The notes under the pieces are model-generated. The model searched no databases. It saw nothing but the letters and a program-made list of their open reading frames with translations, and was not told the DNA's origin. From Prolixibacteraceae bacterium (GTDB taxonomy: Bacteria; Bacteroidota; Bacteroidia; Bacteroidales; Prolixibacteraceae), in NCBI GenBank assembly GCA_016931385.1, contig JAFGEV010000343.1, positions 1,083-65,082 on the forward strand: DNA of 64,000 nt, given 5' to 3'. A program made the position numbers and the translations under genes. Of the stretch, positions 56,634 through 64,000 are shown piece after piece. Numbering within the stretch: the stretch's first letter is position 1; each line of letters opens with the position of its first letter.

Positions 56634-56924
56634 GCTAAAGAAATTGGCATTCGTAAAGTGAACGGGGCAAAAGTATCTGAGATATTAACCATGCTAAATA
56701 AAGGTATTGCAATCTGGGTTACTATTTCGTTTGCAATTGCCACCCCAGTAGCCTGGTACACCATGCACAAGTGGCTCGAAAGCTTTGCCTATAAAACCGA
56801 TATCAGCTGGTGGATATTTGCCCTTGCAGGTATTATAACCATGACGATAGCCCTGCTAACAGTCAGTATGCAAAGCTGGCGGATTGCAAACATGAATCCG
56901 GTTGAAAGCCTTAGATATGAGTAG
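56634..56924 (+). pseudogene. 5'-truncated remnant of an FtsX permease paralog (last ~96 codons only)
   Basis: The frame is open from the TAG at 56631. AKEIGIRKVNGAKVSEILTMLNKG...PVAWYTMHKWLESFAYKTDISWWIFALAG...NPVESLRYE aligns with the C-terminal ends of the full-length paralogs. There is no upstream permease sequence. Confidence 0.8.
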
Positions 56925-56971
56925 CCATATTAAACACGAATTATCAACTTAAAACTTACTATAATCGACAT

Positions 56972-59278
56972 ATGAACTCAGCTATTAAATCGTACTACAG
57001 GAATTTTAAAAAACAAAAACTGATATATGGTATTACAATTGGTGGCTTTGCTATTAGCCTGGCTGTATTAATACTCATTGTTTCTTTCATATTAGAAGAA
57101 AAAAGTGTCGATAAACATTTGCCAAACATCACAAATATGTACAGGATTAAACAGGCAAATGGAAATGCCCAGATTCCAAAACGCATTTACGAACCGATTT
57201 TATCATGCGCACCTGAGATTGAAAAACTTTGCCTGATTTCAACAAACGAGACCTTTTATGAATACAACAATGAAAAGAAATGGGCCTCGGTTGTTAGTAC
57301 AAATAAAGATTTTTTTGAAGTTTTCGCGATTGAAGTAATCGAGGGGCAAAAGGAAGGTTTGCTTGAAGCAAAAAGCGATGTTGCGGTAACCGAAAGTTTC
57401 GCTAAAAAAGTATTTGGCGAAAAAAATCCTATAGGTGAAATACTAGAGTTTGGAAACAAGGAAGAGAAGGTCGTAAAAGCAGTTATCGCCGATCCGGTTA
57501 AGACCAGTTCGTTGAAATACGATGTCATTTTCAACCTTGAACAGGAAATTTTCGGATCAACGATGGGATACAACAGTGAGTCGTATAAAATGTTTGATGC
57601 CATTTTTTTATTGAATGCAAGTGCAAATTATACCGAAACAGAAAACCGCATAACTGAAATACTGAAACCTTATGAAGGTTATAAAGAAACAACTCTTAAA
57701 ATCCAACCTTTCAAGGAGGTTTATTTTGACACGAAAGGCGATAACGACGAGTTTTCTCATGCCAACCTTAACATGATCCGTTTGCTTTCGTGGGTTGCTA
57801 TAATCATACTTCTTTTAGCAGTTATAAATTATATTAACCTTACCACGGCCTTTAACAACGAGCGGCACAAAGAAATATGTATCCGTAAAACATCGGGGGC
57901 AAGGCGCATATCGATTTTTAGCCAGTTCCTGAAGGAATCGTATATATCATGTTTAATAGCTTTCATATTAGCTATTGGGATAGCGCTTCTCATATCGCCA
58001 TTGTTTAACGATCTGTTTGGAAGGGAAATCATCATTTCCGAAGCCTTACATAAGCGACAAATCATCATTGCCATTATTTCGATCCTTATTGTGGTTGGCG
58101 GAGTTACAGGATTGTTGCCAGCCTTATCGGTCTCAAGGTTTAACCCGATCGATCTGTTACAACGAAAAGTTAAGCTACAGGACTCAAACTTCCGGGGCAT
58201 ATACAATACCTTTCAGCTTGTAGTAACCATGAGTTTGATTATATGCGTTTTAATCATTGTCAAACAAATAAACTACGTTAAAATAAAAAATATTGGGTTT
58301 AACAAAGAATATCTGCTAAGCGTGCGACTACAGGGAAAAACAGGCCCTAAATCAGGGGTTATCAAGGAAAATCTTTTAAAATATCCGAACATTATTGACG
58401 TATCGGCTACCCATGGCAGGCCTTTTGGAATTTATTCGACCGGTTCTGGCTCATGGAAAGATGGAAATATTGAATACCGGATTGAAAATATCTCCCATGT
58501 AAATACCGATACTTCATTTTTAAGCACGTTTGGGCTCGAATTAGTAAAAGGCAGAAACTTTCGCCCTACCGACAAAGACGTTTGCATTATCAATGAAAAA
58601 ACATACAACTTCCTCCAATTTGACAACCTGGACGGCAATACCATATGGGGTTCAAAAATTATTGGAGTTGTTAAGGACTTTCATTTCAAAAAAATGTACG
58701 ACGAGCTCGGATTTATCCAGCTGAAATACGATCCGGGAAATGTGAGCCATCTCAATATCAGGATAAGCGGCAACAATATCCCCGAAACAATCGGTATAAT
58801 AAAAAAAGAACTTAAAGAATTTGAACCGGGCATGACTGTCGAACCTGAGTTCTATAACGACTGGATCAACTCCATGTATCTGAAAGAAGAAAAACAGGCA
58901 AAAGCCATTAAAATTTATGCCGCTATTGCCCTGTTGTTATCCTGCCTGGGGTTGCTCGGCCTTGCTGAATTTTCAACAATTAAACGCACAAAAGAGATTG
59001 GAATACGAAAAGTTAACGGAGCACGGATTTCCGAAATATTAAACCTGCTTAACAGCGATTTCATAAAATGGATTGCAATCGCATTTTTATTTGCCACCCC
59101 TGTAGCATGGTACGCCATGGACAAGTGGCTCGAAAATTTTGCATATAAAACCGAAATGAGCTGGTGGGTATTTGCTTTGGCAGGCTTATCAACTTTACTT
59201 ATAGCCCTGATTACAACCAGTTGGCAAAGTTTCAGGGCAGCAACCCGAAACCCTGTCGAGGCATTAAGGTATGAGTAA
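56972..59278 (+). CDS. FtsX-family ABC permease, paralog 2
   Basis: 768 aa, same architecture. Contains TKEIGIRKVNGARISEIL and ends NPVEALRYE. Confidence 0.9.
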   Translation: MNSAIKSYYRNFKKQKLIYGITIGGFAISLAVLILIVSFILEEKSVDKHLPNITNMYRIKQANGNAQIPKRIYEPILSCAPEIEKLCLISTNETFYEYNNEKKWASVVSTNKDFFEVFAIEVIEGQKEGLLEAKSDVAVTESFAKKVFGEKNPIGEILEFGNKEEKVVKAVIADPVKTSSLKYDVIFNLEQEIFGSTMGYNSESYKMFDAIFLLNASANYTETENRITEILKPYEGYKETTLKIQPFKEVYFDTKGDNDEFSHANLNMIRLLSWVAIIILLLAVINYINLTTAFNNERHKEICIRKTSGARRISIFSQFLKESYISCLIAFILAIGIALLISPLFNDLFGREIIISEALHKRQIIIAIISILIVVGGVTGLLPALSVSRFNPIDLLQRKVKLQDSNFRGIYNTFQLVVTMSLIICVLIIVKQINYVKIKNIGFNKEYLLSVRLQGKTGPKSGVIKENLLKYPNIIDVSATHGRPFGIYSTGSGSWKDGNIEYRIENISHVNTDTSFLSTFGLELVKGRNFRPTDKDVCIINEKTYNFLQFDNLDGNTIWGSKIIGVVKDFHFKKMYDELGFIQLKYDPGNVSHLNIRISGNNIPETIGIIKKELKEFEPGMTVEPEFYNDWINSMYLKEEKQAKAIKIYAAIALLLSCLGLLGLAEFSTIKRTKEIGIRKVNGARISEILNLLNSDFIKWIAIAFLFATPVAWYAMDKWLENFAYKTEMSWWVFALAGLSTLLIALITTSWQSFRAATRNPVEALRYE

Positions 59279-59427
59279 GCTTAATGTCCCCGGTTGTGGA
59301 GCATACCTGAATTGAAACGTTGAAGTATGAATGAAGCCTTGAAATGTGATTTTAAGGATTTTTTGAAAACGATTTTTAAAAAAATACAACTTAGGGTAAA
59401 AGCGAATAAACTAAACAAACTACAACT

Positions 59428-61785
59428 ATGTTTTTGTCACAATTAAAGTTGATGTTCCGTAATTTATGGAGGAACAAACTCCATTCGTTAATAAATATTT
59501 TTGGCTTGGCCATTGCAGTATCACTTGTCCTGTTATTGTCATTTTACGTTTCAAACGAATCATCGGTAGATGCGTTTCATAAAAACAAGGAAAGGATTTT
59601 CAGGGTACATGGCGATATTATCGAAACATTCGCACCTCCGTTCGGGCAATATATTTTAGAAAACGTAACTGAAGCCGAAAGTTACACCCGGGTATATTCA
59701 TTGAGTGGAACCGTTACTTATAATGATAAAAAAATAAATAGCGGCAACTGTTTTCTTGTTGATTCGGCTTTCTTTACAATGTTTTCGTACCCCCTTGTTG
59801 CCGGACAGGCCAATAGTTTACTTGCGGCTAACGAGAATGTTGTATTGTCAGAAAGTTTTGCACACACAATATTCGGAGAGAATGATCCAATCGGTGAAAG
59901 CATTGAATTTAGCGGGAACAATTTTACTGTTTCGGGAATTTTCGAAGATTTTAAAGACAATACCCATTTTGTTAAGCCCAACATGATTGTCAATTTTTCG
60001 ATGTTACCAAGGGTTTGGGGAAACAAAGATGAAAATTCGGTGAAAAGTTTTTTACAAAGTTATGGCAATAGTTCTTTTGGACTATATGTAATGGCACATG
60101 AAAACAGCAACATAAAAACACGCGAAGTTGAGTTACTTGAAAAAGCTAAGGAATTTTATTGGGTTTTTCAAAACGGCAGAAACCACAAAATCTCATTTAT
60201 GCCACTCGAAGATGTTTATTTTGAACGGTCGGGGCTTAGTTACATAGGAACACGGCAGGGAAACAAAAAATTTCTCAATATTCTTGCAATCATCGCTCTA
60301 TCTATAGTAATCATCGCTGCAATAAATTATATCAATTTAAGCATCACACAATCGGTAAAAAGGGCCAGGGAAGTAGGTATAAAAAAAATTATCGGTTCAT
60401 ACCGCTGGGGCATCATCAGTCAATTTTTAATTGAATCAACTGCCATCAGCTTTATTTCAACATCGATAGCTGTTTTGTTGACTCTGATTATTTTACCAAA
60501 GTTCAACCAATTGGTAAGCACGAGTTTTTCATTTACTGATGTTTTTAATGCAGGTTTCCTGTTACGCAGTATTATAATTGTTTTCGCTATCGGTTTCGTC
60601 GCCGGTTTGATCCCGTCTCTAATACTTTCATCGTATAAATCAATCGAAATTGTTAAAGGGGTTCCAGCCCGCCTTAAAAACAATTTCAGCCAAAAAGCAA
60701 TGGTTGTTTTTCAGTATACCGTTTCAATTACTTTGATAGTAGTCGTTATACTCATTATCAAGCAAAACAATTATATGAAAAACTACAATCTGGGATTTGA
60801 CAAAGACAATACATTTTACATGGGGATGAACAATGAAACAAACAAACAAATTAATGCTTTCTATAATGAGTTAAAGAAAATTCCCGGAGTAAAAGCGGTT
60901 TCTTTTTGTAACGATTTTCCGGGTGGCTCCATTAACAACATGTCGTTTGTATATAATGACAAAGCGCAAAGTTTTGATCAATTCAGGGTCGATACCGCAT
61001 TCTTTTCTGCCCTGGGGATTCCCATCCAAAACAGAATTTCGGTAACTGACAATGGCTCTGACAATCAGAATTTCGCTTTCATTCTTAACCAAACGGCCAT
61101 TAAAGAGTTAGAACTGGAACCTCCATACAGAGAAATTGAAATTTACAACGATAAAATAAAAATTAGCGAGGTTGTCGATGACATGAATTTCAGGTCGTTA
61201 TATCAGGAACCCCGCCCTACCCTTTTTATGGTATCCGAAATGAAATGGGCATCTTATGCATTGATAAGGGGAAGTGGAGCAAATCTAAGTTCAATAGTAG
61301 CACAGGCTAAACGTGTTTTTAAAGAAATAGCCCCGGCAGATCCATTAACTCTGAATTTTATAGACGATGCCTTAAACTCAGCATACATAAAAGAAGAACG
61401 CACAGCAAAAATTGTTGGTTACTTCGCCATTTTTGCAATACTTATATCATCGCTTGGAATATTTGCACTGGCAAGTAACACAACCTTAAACCGGAGAAAG
61501 GAAGTTGGTGTTCGTAAAGTAAACGGCGCAAATTTTACTGAGATACTTGCGCTGCTTAATAAAGACTTTGTAAAGTGGGTCACAATTTCATTTGTTATTG
61601 CAACACCTATTGCATACTATGCTATAAACAAGTGGCTGGAAAACTTTGCCTACAAAACCACACTTAACTGGTGGATTTTTGCTTTGGCCGGAGTTCTGGC
61701 GCTGGGAATAGCGCTGTTAACCGTTAGCTGGCAGAGCTGGAAGGCGGCTATGAGGAATCCGGTTGAGGCGTTGAGATATGAATAA
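59428..61785 (+). CDS. FtsX-family ABC permease, paralog 3
   Basis: 785 aa, same architecture. Contains RKEVGVRKVNGANFTEIL and ends NPVEALRYE. Confidence 0.9.
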   Translation: MFLSQLKLMFRNLWRNKLHSLINIFGLAIAVSLVLLLSFYVSNESSVDAFHKNKERIFRVHGDIIETFAPPFGQYILENVTEAESYTRVYSLSGTVTYNDKKINSGNCFLVDSAFFTMFSYPLVAGQANSLLAANENVVLSESFAHTIFGENDPIGESIEFSGNNFTVSGIFEDFKDNTHFVKPNMIVNFSMLPRVWGNKDENSVKSFLQSYGNSSFGLYVMAHENSNIKTREVELLEKAKEFYWVFQNGRNHKISFMPLEDVYFERSGLSYIGTRQGNKKFLNILAIIALSIVIIAAINYINLSITQSVKRAREVGIKKIIGSYRWGIISQFLIESTAISFISTSIAVLLTLIILPKFNQLVSTSFSFTDVFNAGFLLRSIIIVFAIGFVAGLIPSLILSSYKSIEIVKGVPARLKNNFSQKAMVVFQYTVSITLIVVVILIIKQNNYMKNYNLGFDKDNTFYMGMNNETNKQINAFYNELKKIPGVKAVSFCNDFPGGSINNMSFVYNDKAQSFDQFRVDTAFFSALGIPIQNRISVTDNGSDNQNFAFILNQTAIKELELEPPYREIEIYNDKIKISEVVDDMNFRSLYQEPRPTLFMVSEMKWASYALIRGSGANLSSIVAQAKRVFKEIAPADPLTLNFIDDALNSAYIKEERTAKIVGYFAIFAILISSLGIFALASNTTLNRRKEVGVRKVNGANFTEILALLNKDFVKWVTISFVIATPIAYYAINKWLENFAYKTTLNWWIFALAGVLALGIALLTVSWQSWKAAMRNPVEALRYE

Positions 61786-61788
61786 CCC

Positions 61789-61844
61789 GCTTTTGTCTAC
61801 CCCTCTAACTCCCCGCCAGCTGGCGGGGAGAACCAGACAAAAGC
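61789..61844. repeat. nested-hairpin element, left copy (flanks DUF559 gene)
   Basis: Outer stem GCTTTTGTCT (61789..61798) / AGACAAAAGC (61835..61844). Inner perfect 18-bp palindrome CCCCGCCAGCTGGCGGGG (61811..61828). Confidence 0.9.
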
Positions 61845-61859
61845 TAAACGACAGTAGAA

Positions 61860-62258
61860 ATGAACGAACTTGACAAAACAATGTATTTCGGGGCTAAACC
61901 AGATATACTTGAAAAAGCCAAAGCTTTACGAAAAAACATGACTGAGGCTGAAAATATTCTTTGGGAAAAACTAAAAAACAAACAAGTTTTAAATTTAAGA
62001 TTCAGAAGGCAACACCCCATAGATATTTTCATCGCTGATTTCTACTGCCATTCAGCACGACTGGTAATTGAACTTGATGGGGGAATTCATTACAAACAGA
62101 AAGAATATGATGAAGGAAGAACTGCTGAAATGGAACGTTTCGACATACAAGTTATACGTTTCAAAAATGAAGAAATCGAAAAAAATATTGAGACAGTAAT
62201 TAAACGAATCGAAACAACAATTAAGCACCGGCTCAAAAGTCCCCCTTGGGGGATTTAG
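61860..62258 (+). CDS. DUF559 (Vsr-like) endonuclease-domain protein
   Basis: MTEAENILWEKLKN..LNLRFRRQHPI..FIADFYC....LVIELDGG.H........D..R...ME..DIQVIRFKNEEI is the DUF559 pattern. Confidence 0.85.
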   Translation: MNELDKTMYFGAKPDILEKAKALRKNMTEAENILWEKLKNKQVLNLRFRRQHPIDIFIADFYCHSARLVIELDGGIHYKQKEYDEGRTAEMERFDIQVIRFKNEEIEKNIETVIKRIETTIKHRLKSPPWGI

Positions 62259-62284
62259 GGGTAAAAAAATGAAACTTTTAATCC

Positions 62285-62335
62285 GCCTTAGTTTTACCCC
62301 CTCTTACTCCCCCAGGGGGAGAACCAAACAAAGGC
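62285..62335. repeat. nested-hairpin element, right copy (flanks DUF559 gene)
   Basis: Outer stem GCCTTAGTTT / AAACAAAGGC (9 of 10 pairs). Inner stem CTCCCCC-A-GGGGGAG. Collinear with the left copy, including the shared TACCCCTCT(A/T)ACTCCCC and GGGGAGAACCA(G/A)ACAAA(A/G)GCT(A/T)AACGA. Confidence 0.85.
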
Positions 62336-62389
62336 TTAACGATAGGATATAATTTGCATAAATAGATTGAAAGCTAAATTTCAAAAGTC

Positions 62390-64000
62390 ATGATTAAAAA
62401 TTTTTTTAAAACTGCTATTTATTTTTTAAGAAAGAACGGTCTCTTTACAGCCATCAACACGTTAGGGCTTTCAATAGCATTGGCTGTGTCGTTCCTTATC
62501 GTACTTTTTGTGGTTAATGAATTGAAATTTAACAGTTGTCACGAAAATAAAAAAAGAATATACAGGGTAGTAAATTATTACACCGAATTTAAAAACACCT
62601 TAGCCGGAACGCCCTACGTTCTGGCTTCTACCATGAAGGAAGATTTTCCACAAGTTGAAAAAGCAACACAAACAAGGTATGTTGGCGGGCTTAAGTTAAA
62701 ATTAAACGACAATTATCTCGATATATGGAATACCGTTGGGACAAGTTCCGACATATTCGAAATTTTCTCCCTTCCTTTAACCCACTATCAACCGAATACC
62801 CACCTCCTCGACGATCTAAATTCCATAGTCCTTTCACACGAACTGGCTGAGAAAATATTCCCCGACGGCGAAAATCCCGTTGGCAAAGACATCGAAGGGC
62901 TGATCAACAACGAACAAGCAATTTTTAAAATAACAGGTGTATTTGAAAATATACCTAAAGGCTCAACCATTCAGGCCAGTTGTTTTGTGAACGGCAAATG
63001 GACCCTGGCGCCAATCGATAAGTCTTTCCGTTCGGACAATGCCGAAACCAACTGGAATTATGATTTTTGGACTACCTGGATACTTTTGGCAGATGCCGGA
63101 CATGCAAAAGAATTAAATCAACAATTCCGTGAGTTTGAAATTAAACACATAAGTGAAAAACCTGAAAAAAATTACTCGCTACAGAACTTGAAGGATGTAT
63201 ACCTGAAATCAGAGAACATTTTAAATACCGGAACCAGTGGTAACCTGAAAAACATTAAACTGTTTTCGCTAATTGCCTTTATAATTGTTTTAATTGCCGC
63301 CATGAATTACATACTGCTCTCAACTGCCGTATCGACAATACGTACAAAAGAAATTGGCATAAGAAAAGCTACCGGTGCCAGTAATAAAAGTGTAAGGTTC
63401 CAATTATTCATTGAGTCAGTAATGCTTTCACTGGTGTCGCTGCCCATAGCCCTTGGACTTGCGTTACTTGCCAAACCTTACGCAGGGGAACTCTTTCAAA
63501 CCAAGCTTCATATAATTAATTCCAACATTGGTATTTACATATTGGTATTTTTGATTGTTACTATCTTTATAGGCCTGGCTTCGGGCGGATACACGGCTGG
63601 CTATTTATCGAGGCTAAAGGTCATAAACATCCTGAAAAACAATACCAGGCAAGGCAAACGAAGACCTGTATTCCAAACGCTTCTGATTATTGCCGAGCTG
63701 GTAATTTTCTGCACTTTTGTTACCAGCGCCATGGTTATCCGGTCGCAATACAAATATTTCATGACCCACGACCCTGGATATAACACAGAAAATGTACTAC
63801 TAATTGAATTAGGAAGAAGCTTTAATTCGTACATACCTTATCTGAATTCCATTAAATCGAACCCAAATGTTATTATGGCTGCCGGGGTAATGGAAGGGCT
63901 GCCTATGCGCGGTTCCATGTCGATGATGGTGCCCCATTTTCAGGAAAAGGATTCAAAAATAAAAGTTGAAGGTTTGGCCGTAGATTATAACTTTTTAAAA
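62390..64000 (+). CDS. FtsX-family ABC permease, paralog 4 (3' end beyond the window)
   Basis: Not in the ORF track because no stop lies in the window. I translated by hand from ATG 62390 for about 350 codons, through the RTKEIGIRKATGAS motif, and met no stop. The remainder to base 64000 is inferred open from the lack of any listed plus-strand ORF boundary. Translation: MIKNFFKTAIYFLRKNGLFTAINTLGLSIALAVSFLIVLFVVNE...RTKEIGIRKATGAS... Confidence 0.8.
   Translation, partial: MIKNFFKTAIYFLRKNGLFTAINTLGLSIALAVSFLIVLFVVNELKFNSCHENKKRIYRVVNYYTEFKNTLAGTPYVLASTMKEDFPQVEKATQTRYVGGLKLKLNDNYLDIWNTVGTSSDIFEIFSLPLTHYQPNTHLLDDLNSIVLSHELAEKIFPDGENPVGKDIEGLINNEQAIFKITGVFENIPKGSTIQASCFVNGKWTLAPIDKSFRSDNAETNWNYDFWTTWILLADAGHAKELNQQFREFEIKHISEKPEKNYSLQNLKDVYLKSENILNTGTSGNLKNIKLFSLIAFIIVLIAAMNYILLSTAVSTIRTKEIGIRKATGASNKSVRFQLFIESVMLSLVSLPIALGLALLAKPYAGELFQTKLHIINSNIGIYILVFLIVTIFIGLASGGYTAGYLSRLKVINILKNNTRQGKRRPVFQTLLIIAELVIFCTFVTSAMVIRSQYKYFMTHDPGYNTENVLLIELGRSFNSYIPYLNSIKSNPNVIMAAGVMEGLPMRGSMSMMVPHFQEKDSKIKVEGLAVDYNFLK

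Noticed and set aside
61844-62032. 62-aa minus-strand ORF
   Set aside because: It is antisense to the DUF559 gene, which has a clear family signature.

Overview
AT-rich 64-kb chromosomal segment, almost certainly from a Bacteroidota bacterium. Supporting signs are T9SS-type C-terminal sorting domains on three secreted proteins, TAnnTTTG promoter boxes, long-form YidC next to pyrG, and tandem MacB/FtsX permease paralogs. All product calls come from reading motifs in the supplied translations; no database search was possible. Layout: (1) 1-25.4 kb is mostly housekeeping: lnt (partial), a split 5'-nucleotidase, cell-wall amidase, yidC, pyrG, a DUF349 protein, trmD, a LytS/LytTR pair, arfB, corA and an aldo-keto reductase. 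(2) 25.4-38.9 kb is an accessory surface-protein region. It holds a second Lnt-family acyltransferase, a 1838-aa triplicated beta-helix T9SS protein and a 93-aa signal-peptide-plus-sorting-tail mini-protein in one direction, then a Kelch/B-repeat T9SS protein flanked by two membrane-anchored AraC regulators. (3) 39-45 kb is housekeeping again (radical SAM, yicC, gmk, nadD, Na/Pi transporter, SDR). (4) 45-64 kb is a sigma-54 two-component system divergent from a TolC/HlyD/ABC exporter island with two ATPases, four full-length FtsX permease paralogs and one permease remnant. Three small passenger genes interrupt this island: a four-helix-bundle protein, a DUF4143 AAA ATPase and a DUF559 endonuclease. 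Most notable sequence-level observations: (a) a regulatory module is duplicated with identical spacing at 47.85 and 54.47 kb, consisting of two 17-bp TGTCAA-N5-TTGACA-type sites 22 nt apart followed 52 nt later by a -24/-12 sigma-54 element; (b) intergenic spacers, often starting exactly at a stop codon, are filled with 6-8-nt tandem repeats, several G-tract periodic, and with C-arm/G-arm hairpins, and these bracket the small passenger genes; (c) the Lnt-paralog, giant protein and mini-protein operon. No rRNA, tRNA, CRISPR array, transposase or integrase was recognised.
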